Of a stretch of DNA of 58,559 nt, positions 46,480-55,919 are shown one piece after another. The stretch spans positions 1-58,559 of IMG/VR virus record IMGVR_UViG_3300030095_002502; one strand, 5' to 3'. The notes beneath the pieces are model-generated. The model had not been told where the DNA came from, made no database searches, and saw nothing but the letters and a program-made list of their open reading frames with translations. Every line of letters begins with the position of its first letter. The stretch's first letter is position 1. Both the position numbers and the translations under genes were made by a program. The stretch comes from a virus. Its lineage: Duplodnaviria; Caudoviricetes.

Positions 46480-47450
46480 GTGAAGATAAATGGACAGCAA
46501 GTCATATGAGGCTTAGTCCTTCTAAAATAAATACTTATCTGAAGTGTCCTCGCGAATTCTATTACAATTATATAGCTAAATTACCACAAAAGAAAACTAT
46601 ACATTTATTCCGTGGCACTCTAGTACATCAAGTATTAGAAGATTTATTCAAGAAACAATTCCGTACCCTCCCTCAATGGGAGAAAGGAGTACCTAAAGCT
46701 TGGGTACAAGAGCAGTTCGAGACTGGATGGGAAGAGAAGATAGCTAAACATAAATGGCTATGGGATGTACACACCAAGGAAGAGATGGATTCTATGTATA
46801 CTGAGACAGAAGCGTTACTACAGAACTTCGTAGACTCTGTCGACAAGAAACTAACAGAGATGGTTACATGGAAGATATTTAAAAACAAACAACAAGCTTG
46901 GAATGCAGTAGCACCTAAGTATGCTGAGAAATGGGTTAAGTCTCAGGAGTATGCAATAGTAGGAGTTATAGATGTTGTATGTAGTGATTTTGATGGTGGT
47001 ACTACACTATTAGATTACAAGACGAGTAAGCGCTATGGTGCATACCTCCCAGAAGAATACTATCGCCAATTAATCATATATGCTTTCCTATATACTTTAG
47101 AGATGGGAGAGATGCCTAGCTTTGTTGGAGTTAGTTACTTAAGGTTCGATGATACATTCTTTGTTAAAGTAAATCAACAAGTGCTCGATGAAGCAAAAGA
47201 TTTAATTAAGATGGTTCATGACTGTATCAAAGAGCGTGAAGAGTACGAAGACAGATATGAGCAGAAGCCTCAGAACTTATGTAAATGGTGCTCGTTCTAT
47301 AAAGGTAACGGGGGCCCTTGCGATGTAAAGATACCTAAGTGGAAGCCTAAATATTCCAAAAGGAAAAAAGAGACATATGCAGATATTGATTCTAAAGCGA
47401 AAGGACTAATAGAGCTTGAAAATCAAGACCAATTTCCTGAGTTCGACTAA
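46476..47450 (+). CDS. Cas4/RecB-like PD-(D/E)XK exonuclease
   Basis: LSPSKINTYLKCP, GTLVH, GVID, DYKT, QLIIYA, CKWC...C. Confidence 0.88.
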   Translation: MSEDKWTASHMRLSPSKINTYLKCPREFYYNYIAKLPQKKTIHLFRGTLVHQVLEDLFKKQFRTLPQWEKGVPKAWVQEQFETGWEEKIAKHKWLWDVHTKEEMDSMYTETEALLQNFVDSVDKKLTEMVTWKIFKNKQQAWNAVAPKYAEKWVKSQEYAIVGVIDVVCSDFDGGTTLLDYKTSKRYGAYLPEEYYRQLIIYAFLYTLEMGEMPSFVGVSYLRFDDTFFVKVNQQVLDEAKDLIKMVHDCIKEREEYEDRYEQKPQNLCKWCSFYKGNGGPCDVKIPKWKPKYSKRKKETYADIDSKAKGLIELENQDQFPEFD

Positions 47451-47487
47451 GGAAACCTTTAAATATGCGCGTTGTGTAAAATGATAC

Positions 47488-48444
47488 ATGGCGCGCGATG
47501 ATTACGGAGCTATTTCTGTAATCTCTGATGAAGAACGAGAAGCATTAGGGATAGGAGGTAGAAAACCCGATGAAGAAGAAGAAGGTCTTTTTGAGACGAT
47601 TGGCAAAGCTGGAGATAAGCTAGGAGAAACACAATTCGGTAAAAAACTAGGTTCAATATTAACAGTACTTCTTTTAGCTATGTTTGGTAGTGGTACCGTA
47701 GACGTTGGCGTTTTACAAGACATTTTCGGAGGAGAGGAAGAGCCCATATCAAAGGGTGGATGTATGGACGTTTCAGCTATCAATTTTAAAAAGGACGCTA
47801 CTTTTGACAATGGTAGTTGTGTATTCCCTCCCCCTGTTGTGTATGGTTGTACTAACCCTGACGCCGATAATTATAATGCGCAAGCTACCCATGATAATGG
47901 GCGATGTCAATTTCTTGGCGGCCCAATCAATAATAACACGGGTAACAATGAGACCCAGACCAATGAGACCGTTTATGGTTGTATGGACATAGAAGCTCAT
48001 AACTATAATGACCGAGCTGAAGAAGATGATGGAAGTTGTGAATATGAAGACTATGATTGTGCAGCTAACCAAACTTATTTTTATAATGGTTTACAATATG
48101 GAAACTATTCTAGAGAAGACAACTCTTTAAATATTACAGTAGATATAGATACAGATTGTGACCAAGACACATTACCAGTTATGGTTTATTATGATATAGG
48201 TCACGTAAAGATAGAAGATAACGAAACAGTATGGAATGGGTATATGTATAACAATTACTTCTTTAATGTTACTGGATGGGAAAGTAATGAGTACCAGTTA
48301 TCATCAGGACCAGAATACTTTACAGAACCTTATACAGGATGGTATATGGTATATGTAAATTTATACGCCGACTACGATAGAGATGGCGTTTACGATTATG
48401 TGAATTATTTTTACATAGAAGAGATTATATTGGAGGAGGAATGA
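47488..48444 (+). CDS. membrane-anchored protein with three GCxD-type Cys repeats
   Basis: TM helix, then GCMD..AINF..ATFDNGSC, GCTN..ADNY..ATHDNGRC, GCMD..AHNY..AEEDDGSC; leaderless start after TATA 47453. Confidence 0.75.
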   Translation: MARDDYGAISVISDEEREALGIGGRKPDEEEEGLFETIGKAGDKLGETQFGKKLGSILTVLLLAMFGSGTVDVGVLQDIFGGEEEPISKGGCMDVSAINFKKDATFDNGSCVFPPPVVYGCTNPDADNYNAQATHDNGRCQFLGGPINNNTGNNETQTNETVYGCMDIEAHNYNDRAEEDDGSCEYEDYDCAANQTYFYNGLQYGNYSREDNSLNITVDIDTDCDQDTLPVMVYYDIGHVKIEDNETVWNGYMYNNYFFNVTGWESNEYQLSSGPEYFTEPYTGWYMVYVNLYADYDRDGVYDYVNYFYIEEIILEEE

Positions 48445-48578
48445 AGGCTAGAGAAATGCTAGTCCTTACCAATATGTTAGCGAAAATTATATCTGAAGTG
48501 GATGACTTAAAAAGAATGATTAGACAATCAGTCAATCTTGAATTTATAGAAAACTACGAAGAGGGTGAAGAGGAGTGA
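48441..48578 (+). CDS. hypothetical protein (45 aa)
   Basis: MKAREMLVLTNMLAKIISEVDDLK...; ATGA/TGATG coupling. Confidence 0.6.
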   Translation: MKAREMLVLTNMLAKIISEVDDLKRMIRQSVNLEFIENYEEGEEE

Positions 48579-49108
48579 TGGAATGGATAAGTATACTAGA
48601 AGTACTGGCAGTAACTATGGCAGCGTCAGCTACCATGCTTATGTTGCTAATACTAATGCAATTTGCGCGCCGCATAATGCCAAGTATACCACAAAAAGTA
48701 ATGGTGATGCCAAAACATCAAAAAGAAGAAAAGGAGAAAACAAAGATGAGTAAAGAAGCAAGCGAAGGAATTACATTTAACGATATCTTCATGTTCATGA
48801 TTGCTGTACCTTTAGTTTTACTCTGGGTTGGGTTTGCAGGGTTCGTTATACACACAGGACTTAATAACTCGTCTGTTCTTGAAAACATAGAAGCATATAC
48901 AACTTTAATAGCTATACTAGGAGGCCCAGCGCTTCTTATCATTAAAGATGCATTAGATGTTTGGAAACAAGAACAAGCAGAGAAGACTGCGTTTTATAAA
49001 GTAAAAGCACAAGCTGTTATTGACTTTAACGATGCAAACCAGAAACAAGCTCAGATGATAGAATCTAAAGCACAAGAACAAGAACACAAGATGGAGTCTA
49101 AAAAATGA
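48578..49108 (+). CDS. membrane protein with about three TM helices (possible holin-like role)
   Basis: Three hydrophobic stretches and a charged C-terminus; function inferred only. Confidence 0.6.
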   Translation: MEWISILEVLAVTMAASATMLMLLILMQFARRIMPSIPQKVMVMPKHQKEEKEKTKMSKEASEGITFNDIFMFMIAVPLVLLWVGFAGFVIHTGLNNSSVLENIEAYTTLIAILGGPALLIIKDALDVWKQEQAEKTAFYKVKAQAVIDFNDANQKQAQMIESKAQEQEHKMESKK

Positions 49109-49236
49109 ATGACTTCGAACTAAGAGAATTGTACCATCAAGTACAAATCATAGAAGAGGAACTAAAGATGATAAAAGAAAATAGCAGCTGTTGCTGCAAT
49201 GAATGCAACTGTGACTGTTGCGAGAAGGAGGAATAA
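49105..49236 (+). CDS. 43 aa protein with a metallothionein-like Cys cluster
   Basis: ...SSCCCNECNCDCCEKEE*; coupled at both ends. Confidence 0.6.
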   Translation: MNDFELRELYHQVQIIEEELKMIKENSSCCCNECNCDCCEKEE

Positions 49237-49568
49237 TGCCAACTAAAGAGATGTATGAAAAATACGAAGCTAACCAAACTAAAGATAAGGTAGTTAAATC
49301 TTCAGCTGGTGGTTTATTCGAAGGAGAACACTTTGATGGAAGTAACCCATCAGGTAAATTATTCTTTGAACACCCATCACAAGAGGAAATAAACGCTATG
49401 GCAGCAGCATCCCATAAACCTATAACAAGTTATAAGGATATGCCAGAATCTATAAAGGATAAGTACAGCTGCGACTCAAGTGACCTTACACCGAATGTAA
49501 GTTACTTAGAAGCAGTAGGTGCTACACAAAAACCCGGCGACCGTAAATACGGTGCACAAGACGACTAA
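49236..49568 (+). CDS. hypothetical protein
   Basis: MPTKEMYEKY...; GGAGG and TAATG coupling. Confidence 0.65.
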   Translation: MPTKEMYEKYEANQTKDKVVKSSAGGLFEGEHFDGSNPSGKLFFEHPSQEEINAMAAASHKPITSYKDMPESIKDKYSCDSSDLTPNVSYLEAVGATQKPGDRKYGAQDD

Positions 49569-49858
49569 TGGCCCCTGCCAAAAAGAAGTCTGCCGCCAAG
49601 AAGAAACAAGCAGCCGCTCGGAAAAGAAAGGGTGGTTCAAACGTAGGAAAATATAAGAAGGGTATAGCATTTGCTGGACCTTCTGGAGGCGCGCCAGCCG
49701 GAAGTTATCCTATCAACACTCTAGCTAGAGCTAAGTCTGCATTAAAATTAGCGCACAATGCCCCAAGACCAGCAGGTATCAAACGAGCAGTATATAAAAA
49801 ATACCCTCAATTGAACCCTAAAAGAAAAACTAAAAAAACTACAAGGAGAAAGAAATAA
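49568..49858 (+). CDS. highly basic protein
   Basis: K/R-rich; FAGP...SYPINTLARAKSAL motif. Confidence 0.75.
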   Translation: MAPAKKKSAAKKKQAAARKRKGGSNVGKYKKGIAFAGPSGGAPAGSYPINTLARAKSALKLAHNAPRPAGIKRAVYKKYPQLNPKRKTKKTTRRKK

Positions 49859-50010
49859 TGGCAAATCTATATGACAATATGCGAAAAGCTCGCAAAAAAA
49901 GAAAGAAAGGCAAGAAGACAGCAGGAGTTAAACCTAAAACTTATAAACAGATGAAAAATAAGACAGGACCTTTCAAGAAGAAGAAAAAAACTACAAGGAA
50001 AAAGAAATAA
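49858..50010 (+). CDS. highly basic protein (50 aa, not in ORF track)
   Basis: MANLYDNMRKARKKRKKGKK...KKTTRKKK*; TAATG-coupled at both ends. Confidence 0.7.
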   Translation: MANLYDNMRKARKKRKKGKKTAGVKPKTYKQMKNKTGPFKKKKKTTRKKK

Positions 50011-50333
50011 TGGCTGTTAAAAAGAAAGCCACTAAAAAAAGAAAGAAAGGTAAGGCTATACGTAAAACAACTAAAGGTAAAGGAGCTAACTATCGTAAAA
50101 CAAAATCTGGAGCTGGTATGACTAGAAAGGGAGTTAAAGCTTATAGAAGAGCTAATCCCGGTTCTAAACTTAAAACAGCAGTTACAGGTAAAGTTAAGAA
50201 AGGTAGTAAAGCTGCTAAAAGACGTAAATCTTATTGTGCTAGGTCACTAGGACAGAAAAAGAGAAGTTCTAAGAAAACACAAAATGACCCTAATTCAAGA
50301 ATTAATCAAGCAAGAAGAAGATGGAAGTGCTAA
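50010..50333 (+). CDS. highly basic phage protein (DUF6321-like)
   Basis: GMTRKGVKAYRRANPGSKLKTAVT...RRKSYCARS...DPNSR...RRWKC. Confidence 0.8.
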   Translation: MAVKKKATKKRKKGKAIRKTTKGKGANYRKTKSGAGMTRKGVKAYRRANPGSKLKTAVTGKVKKGSKAAKRRKSYCARSLGQKKRSSKKTQNDPNSRINQARRRWKC

Positions 50334-50501
50334 ATGGCTTATAAGAAGAAGAAAAAAAAGACATTAAAGAAAAGGTACTAAGCAAGCTTTATATAGTAGG
50401 GGTGCCTACTATGTATAGGCTCTCGCAAAAGGGCCAAGGCTCCACAGGAAAACTTAACGCAAGTGCCACGTGGGAGTCCCAAATATGGAGATATATCACA
50501 T

Positions 50502-50930
50502 ATGAATGAAACAAATAATAACACAGCTGCAAACGAGACAGCAGACGATGGAAACATAACTGCACTCCTTGACACTGTAGAAGAATCTGGAATGTTAGAT
50601 ACTTTAATGGATGAACCATTACTTATGGCATTAGCTGCATTAGTATTAGGTCTAGGTGCGTACGTCGCTTATACCGTACCAGCAGTTAAAGCAATGGTCT
50701 TTAAATACTTAAAGAACAATGAAGCAGAATTGATGGGCATGTTAGATAAGAATCTATCTAAAGCACAGATGAAAGCTTTTGAAAAGCTTGACGAAACAGC
50801 ACAAAAGCACGTTAAAGACTCATTAGTTCGAAATGTATTGGTCACAGCATGGGATGAGAAAGATGATGAACTTGCCGCATTGGTTAAGTCCAAAGTCAAA
50901 TCAGCCCTTGATGAAGGCAAAACACTTTGA
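50502..50930 (+). CDS. single-pass membrane protein
   Basis: GGAG upstream of ATG 50502; TM segment LLMALAALVLGLGAYVAY. Confidence 0.7.
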   Translation: MNETNNNTAANETADDGNITALLDTVEESGMLDTLMDEPLLMALAALVLGLGAYVAYTVPAVKAMVFKYLKNNEAELMGMLDKNLSKAQMKAFEKLDETAQKHVKDSLVRNVLVTAWDEKDDELAALVKSKVKSALDEGKTL

Positions 50931-51271
50931 ACGAACAGGAATACGAGCAAAGACTACGTGAGCGAGTGGGTGAAGGTGAATATGAACGTCATAAAGAACT
51001 TGTACGCCTGCTGGCTCGCAATCTTGCTCTTGAAGACATACTGTGGGAAGAAATTACTCTACATATTCGGGACATTAACTTACGAACAGAGCTCTTGCGC
51101 CAAAGAAATTCAATCGTTCGTGACATACATACGGAATTCAGAGCTTTAAATATAGAAATACCAACAGTTGTTGAAAAAAGAACAGAAGGTTTTGCAGATT
51201 TTCTAGAAGGTTTAACAGATGACACAACAAGTAGCGAAGGAAAAGGGACTGAAAGCAGCACTGACAGGTAA
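50927..51271 (+). CDS. putative terminase small subunit (TTG start)
   Basis: Helical 114 aa ORF overlapping the large terminase start; positional inference. Confidence 0.5.
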   Translation: MNEQEYEQRLRERVGEGEYERHKELVRLLARNLALEDILWEEITLHIRDINLRTELLRQRNSIVRDIHTEFRALNIEIPTVVEKRTEGFADFLEGLTDDTTSSEGKGTESSTDR

Positions 51272-52910
51272 AGGTTCCTTTGATTCAAGGAACTTAGAAG
51301 ATATATTCGAAAAATGTAGACATAGTGAAGCTAAAATGCTTCAATTAGTTAGAGGGTTCTGTCAAACTTATTTAATAGATAATAAACAAAGACCTTTGAA
51401 ACTTAGACCATTACAAGAAGAGATTATAGTAAAGTCTTTAACTTACCCAAAAGGTGGTAAACAACGCAAATTGGCTATCTTAGCTCCACGAGGCAGTGGT
51501 AAATCTTACGCTTTAGCAGTTGCAGTTACTATTTATATGTTTTTTAAGAGATTTAGAGATTTAATATTCGTTTTAGCTCCATCAGAAGACCAAGCAGCTC
51601 TAATTTTCAATTATGTGTATAGAAATTTCAAAGATAATGCTTTTTTAGATAGCTTAGTAGATAATTATCGTTTTCATAACAAGCCCAATATAACACTTAA
51701 GGGGGGCACAGTAATGCGTAGGGCTCCATTAGCGCCTACTAATCAAGGTCAGGCTATACGTGGACAACACCCTACTATGTGTATTGTAGACGAAAGTCCT
51801 TTAATTGATGATAGATTGTTTGTGGATAACGTAGAACCAGCGATAGTTTCAAATAAGGCCCCGTTCATAAATTTAGGTACACCAAAGTCAAAAGAGAATC
51901 ATATGTATAGATATTTGTACGATGAAGCGTACGAAAATAGCTTTACAAGATTACACTTTACTTGGAGAGACGCGATTAAACCGGGCGATGCTTATACAGC
52001 GCCTTATACTGAACTTGAAATGTTGGATAAGATGACTGAATGGGGGGAAGATTCTATCTACTGGAAGACAGAATACGAATGTGAGTTTGTAGAGAGTGTA
52101 TCGAACATATTTACTCCAGAAAAACTAAAGGATTGCTTTGATGACTATAGACCATGGACCAGAGACACGCTTGGAGAAGGTGGAGATTTTCCTTCTAACA
52201 TCACTGTCGGTGTTGATGTTGGTAAATCTATCAATTCTACTGTTATTACCGGATGGACAAGGGAAAAGTCTATGGGACCGGATAATAGCGAAGATTATGC
52301 AAGACTCGTCTACATTGAAGAAATTAGTCCTCGAAGTGGGGGACATGATATTCCATACCAACGTAAACGTATCATTGATGTTTGTCGTTTGTTGGGTGCT
52401 GATAAGCTTATTGTTGATTGTACAGGTATTGGTGGGGCGATTGAACAAGATTTAAGAATGGAATGTATTAATAGTAGTCCTCAGATAAACTTTATACCTT
52501 TCATTTTTACAGGGGGACCTAGAGGTACTAAGACCCAGATATATAGAGATTATGTTTCTTATATCCAACAAAAGAGAATTAAAGTACCAAACCCTGAACA
52601 TTTACCTGCATCTCATAAAAAATTAGTTTTGAAGTGGTATGCAGAACATAGAGACTTAGAATACACAATGGACGCCTCTAATAAGACAGAAAAGATATCT
52701 GCTCCATCTGGAAAGCACGATGACTACTGTGATAGCTCAGTTATGGGAATACATGGAACATTAAGTGTATTACCGGGCTCTGCTACATTTACATCTACTA
52801 ACAGAGGTAGTTCTAGAAGATTACATACAGAACCCAAAACTTATTCTAAAGGTGGGTTATTTACAACCAGAGGACGCAATCATCGCGTTAATAAAGGTTT
52901 CCCTCTCTAA
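51219..52910 (+). CDS. terL: terminase large subunit
   Basis: LRPLQ, APRGSGKS, CIVDE, GTP, EYECEF, GVDVG, VDCTGIG, HDDYCDS. Confidence 0.95.
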   Translation: MTQQVAKEKGLKAALTGKGSFDSRNLEDIFEKCRHSEAKMLQLVRGFCQTYLIDNKQRPLKLRPLQEEIIVKSLTYPKGGKQRKLAILAPRGSGKSYALAVAVTIYMFFKRFRDLIFVLAPSEDQAALIFNYVYRNFKDNAFLDSLVDNYRFHNKPNITLKGGTVMRRAPLAPTNQGQAIRGQHPTMCIVDESPLIDDRLFVDNVEPAIVSNKAPFINLGTPKSKENHMYRYLYDEAYENSFTRLHFTWRDAIKPGDAYTAPYTELEMLDKMTEWGEDSIYWKTEYECEFVESVSNIFTPEKLKDCFDDYRPWTRDTLGEGGDFPSNITVGVDVGKSINSTVITGWTREKSMGPDNSEDYARLVYIEEISPRSGGHDIPYQRKRIIDVCRLLGADKLIVDCTGIGGAIEQDLRMECINSSPQINFIPFIFTGGPRGTKTQIYRDYVSYIQQKRIKVPNPEHLPASHKKLVLKWYAEHRDLEYTMDASNKTEKISAPSGKHDDYCDSSVMGIHGTLSVLPGSATFTSTNRGSSRRLHTEPKTYSKGGLFTTRGRNHRVNKGFPL

Positions 52911-52956
52911 CAGAAGCTTTATATACTATGGTGTGTTTATATAATAGTTGATAGCC

Positions 52957-54264
52957 ATGTCCATATTCGATAGAGTGCGAAGAACCTTCGCTAGAGTAGG
53001 GAGCAATCCTCCCACGAAAAAGGATGACCCAGTAAGTTACGGAGCAGGTATAATCAGAAGACTCAAGCTCCAAAACAAACAATTTACCGGTCGAGGGAAA
53101 GGAGAATTTGAACCACATATAGGTCAACCAAGAACTTATATGAACGTTTATCTTCAAGACCCTATTATAAGAACATTAATTGATTTACCATGTTTTTATG
53201 CAGTAAAAGATAATTTTGATATTGTTACAGATAATGACGATACCAGAGATAAAGTAGAAGAAATGTTTAGAGATATAAACATTGAACAGTTACTTTACGG
53301 TTGGGTTAGAAATGCCCGAGTGTTTGGAACTGGCTACTTGGAGTGGACCGGAGATAACTTAGTTCTTCGTTCTAGCCAAAACATGTTTGTAAAAAGAAAC
53401 GAACATGGTCAGGTAATGTATTATTATCAAGAGATAGGTGATGATAAAGAAAACATAAGATTCGAACCTGAAGAAATTATAGAACTGAAAAACAATCCTT
53501 TTGATGATTATGCTTATGGCTTATCAGACATACACCCTATTATATATTTAGTAGATTTAAAAGATTACGCAGAACGAGACATAGGAGCAGCATTAAACAA
53601 ATATGCCATCTCTCGATTTGATATATCTTGTGGTTTACCAGATATACCTTATGGACCAGATAAAATAAACGAAGTTGTTGACGCGTTTAATAATTTAGGT
53701 CCGGGTGAAGATATAATACACGGTAATGATATTACCATTAAAGAGTTGGGAGGAACCCAACGAGCATTTGAATATGGAAAGTATACTGATGATTTATTAA
53801 GAAAGATACATATGGCACTTAAAGTTCCTATGACTATGTGGAGTGACCCTGATAAGGCACGTCCTATATTTGAACCATATGTCAATTATTTACAGTCTGC
53901 AATAGAAGGAGCACTTAATGCTCAACTAATGCCTCAACTAGAAACTGGTGAAGCTAAGTTTAAGTTCCGCCAAGTAAACATTGAAGATGCATTTACTAAA
54001 GCTAAGACAGACATGATATATTTATCTGAAGGTGTTTTATCACCCGGCGAAGTTCGAGAAGAACGTGGCCTTGACCCTGAAGGAGTAGTAGAATTAGATA
54101 TGGAAACTTCAGAAGATGTAAAGGCATCTCCACTTGAAGGAGGACCGGGCAGTAAAAACATCAATGTATCTGGAGGAAAAGGTACAGATAAAAAAGAAGA
54201 AAGTGCTAGAAAGCAAAACAGAGGTAACAAACCCTCTGCTAATGCAACAGGAGATAGAAAATGA
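52957..54264 (+). CDS. portal protein
   Basis: Follows terL; ARVFGTGYLE, YGLSDI, GVLSPGEVREERGL. Confidence 0.88.
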   Translation: MSIFDRVRRTFARVGSNPPTKKDDPVSYGAGIIRRLKLQNKQFTGRGKGEFEPHIGQPRTYMNVYLQDPIIRTLIDLPCFYAVKDNFDIVTDNDDTRDKVEEMFRDINIEQLLYGWVRNARVFGTGYLEWTGDNLVLRSSQNMFVKRNEHGQVMYYYQEIGDDKENIRFEPEEIIELKNNPFDDYAYGLSDIHPIIYLVDLKDYAERDIGAALNKYAISRFDISCGLPDIPYGPDKINEVVDAFNNLGPGEDIIHGNDITIKELGGTQRAFEYGKYTDDLLRKIHMALKVPMTMWSDPDKARPIFEPYVNYLQSAIEGALNAQLMPQLETGEAKFKFRQVNIEDAFTKAKTDMIYLSEGVLSPGEVREERGLDPEGVVELDMETSEDVKASPLEGGPGSKNINVSGGKGTDKKEESARKQNRGNKPSANATGDRK

Positions 54265-55517
54265 CTTACGAAAAATGTAAAACATCCGTTAGTGCAACAC
54301 TAAAGAAAAGGGGTTTTGATGACCCTAGTGAGCTTGCCGCCGGCATGTGTAGCATGTGGGCAACTGAAAATGGCGTAGAGCGTCAATTTGCAGCAGATGG
54401 AATGCCTACTGAACCAGTACGCAGAACATTTGGTATTTCCATGGGAGAAGAATCCCAACTTAAATTTAATAGCGATGAGGGAATTGACTCAGTCACCTTT
54501 CCAGTGATAGCTATTACTTCCGGCCTTCATACTTACGAAGAAGAAGGCTCGGAGCAAAAGGTTTATATAGAACCAACCATCCTAAAAAGTAATATGGAAG
54601 CTTTTAAAGAGCTACCAATTTACATAAACCATCAACGAACGCCTGAGGATTTAATCGGCATGGCTACTGAGCCTCAGTTGATTCAGATGGAGAATGGTAA
54701 GAGTGCAGTGCAAATGATGGCCAAGGTCGATAATAAGACCGGACATGGTCAGGAAGTGTTGAACAAAGTCAAAGACGGGGATATGACTCATGTTAGTATC
54801 GATTGGTTTTCCAATGATATTGACGTCATGGGTGACACCTATGCCACACAGTTACGTCCCACGGAAGTTAGTTTCATTGATAATGAAAAAATGGACCCCG
54901 TCTGCAAGGAATGTAAAATAGGAGAAAAGGAATGTGATTCACACGCTAAAGATGACGACCACGACTGTGGTTGTGGTGGACATGAAGAAGCATGTGAATG
55001 TGACGACGGACCATCAGAGGAAGAAACTATGACAGAAGAAGACTCTAAAAAATCCGACGCAGAGAATATCGTCGAACGCGAATTCGCTTCTCTACGTACA
55101 CAACTCGAAGACGCAGAAGCATCTAAGAAGCAAATCGAATCTGATTTCAAAGCAGCTATGAAAGAGCTAGAAGCATTCAAAGCAGCAGAAGAAGAGAGAG
55201 CAGCAAAAGAAGCAGAAGCTAAAAAGTTGGAAACTATAGAAGCAATTATATCTAAGGAAGTCATTTTTGGTACAACCAAAGAAGACACCAAAGATGCTCG
55301 TGTCGAAGAATTAACTGCTTGGGATGAACCAAGGCTGACTGGATTCAGCGACGCACTCGCAGCAATGCCTGTCCCTGAGGAGACAGAGAGACAATTTGGA
55401 AAGGGTAAAACCCAAGAAAAAGAGTCCCCTGTTGAAGAGACAGAAAGAACATTCGCTGTTGAGATGAACAAAGACGGAAAAATTCGTCTAAATAAAGAAT
55501 TACTAAGAGGTAATTAA
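54261..55517 (+). CDS. prohead protease with C-terminal scaffolding domain
   Basis: PIYINH, VSIDW, EVSFI protease motifs followed by an acidic coiled coil. Confidence 0.8.
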   Translation: MTYEKCKTSVSATLKKRGFDDPSELAAGMCSMWATENGVERQFAADGMPTEPVRRTFGISMGEESQLKFNSDEGIDSVTFPVIAITSGLHTYEEEGSEQKVYIEPTILKSNMEAFKELPIYINHQRTPEDLIGMATEPQLIQMENGKSAVQMMAKVDNKTGHGQEVLNKVKDGDMTHVSIDWFSNDIDVMGDTYATQLRPTEVSFIDNEKMDPVCKECKIGEKECDSHAKDDDHDCGCGGHEEACECDDGPSEEETMTEEDSKKSDAENIVEREFASLRTQLEDAEASKKQIESDFKAAMKELEAFKAAEEERAAKEAEAKKLETIEAIISKEVIFGTTKEDTKDARVEELTAWDEPRLTGFSDALAAMPVPEETERQFGKGKTQEKESPVEETERTFAVEMNKDGKIRLNKELLRGN

Positions 55518-55519
55518 AT

Positions 55520-55909
55520 ATGGCAACAGAAATTTTAATAAATGACGGTGGAGCGCCAGCAAGAATTTTACCATTCACAGCTGCATCCGCTGTAACGGCA
55601 GGAGATGCCCTAACCATAGACAGCGCAGGAAAAGTTGTTCCCGGAGCAACTGGATTAGCTACAGGATTTAAGGAATACGTCCTTGGATACGCACTAACAA
55701 CTGTGTCAGCAGAAGAACTTTGCAGTGTTATCACTGGTAAAGGAGTTTTGCTTAAGGCAAACGCAGCAGCAGACGTGTTAACCGGAAAAGGTGCACATCT
55801 AAGCTCAACAGCAGGAAGATTAGCATTGAACACTACACTTGGACAACCAAGCGCAGTATGTACTTCCGGCGCAGCATCGATAGCATTAAAACCTATCGTA
55901 ACGGTATAA
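55520..55909 (+). CDS. capsid decoration / cement protein
   Basis: 129 aa Ala/Gly-rich ORF between protease and MCP. Confidence 0.6.
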   Translation: MATEILINDGGAPARILPFTAASAVTAGDALTIDSAGKVVPGATGLATGFKEYVLGYALTTVSAEELCSVITGKGVLLKANAAADVLTGKGAHLSSTAGRLALNTTLGQPSAVCTSGAASIALKPIVTV

Positions 55910-55919
55910 GGAGTAAACA

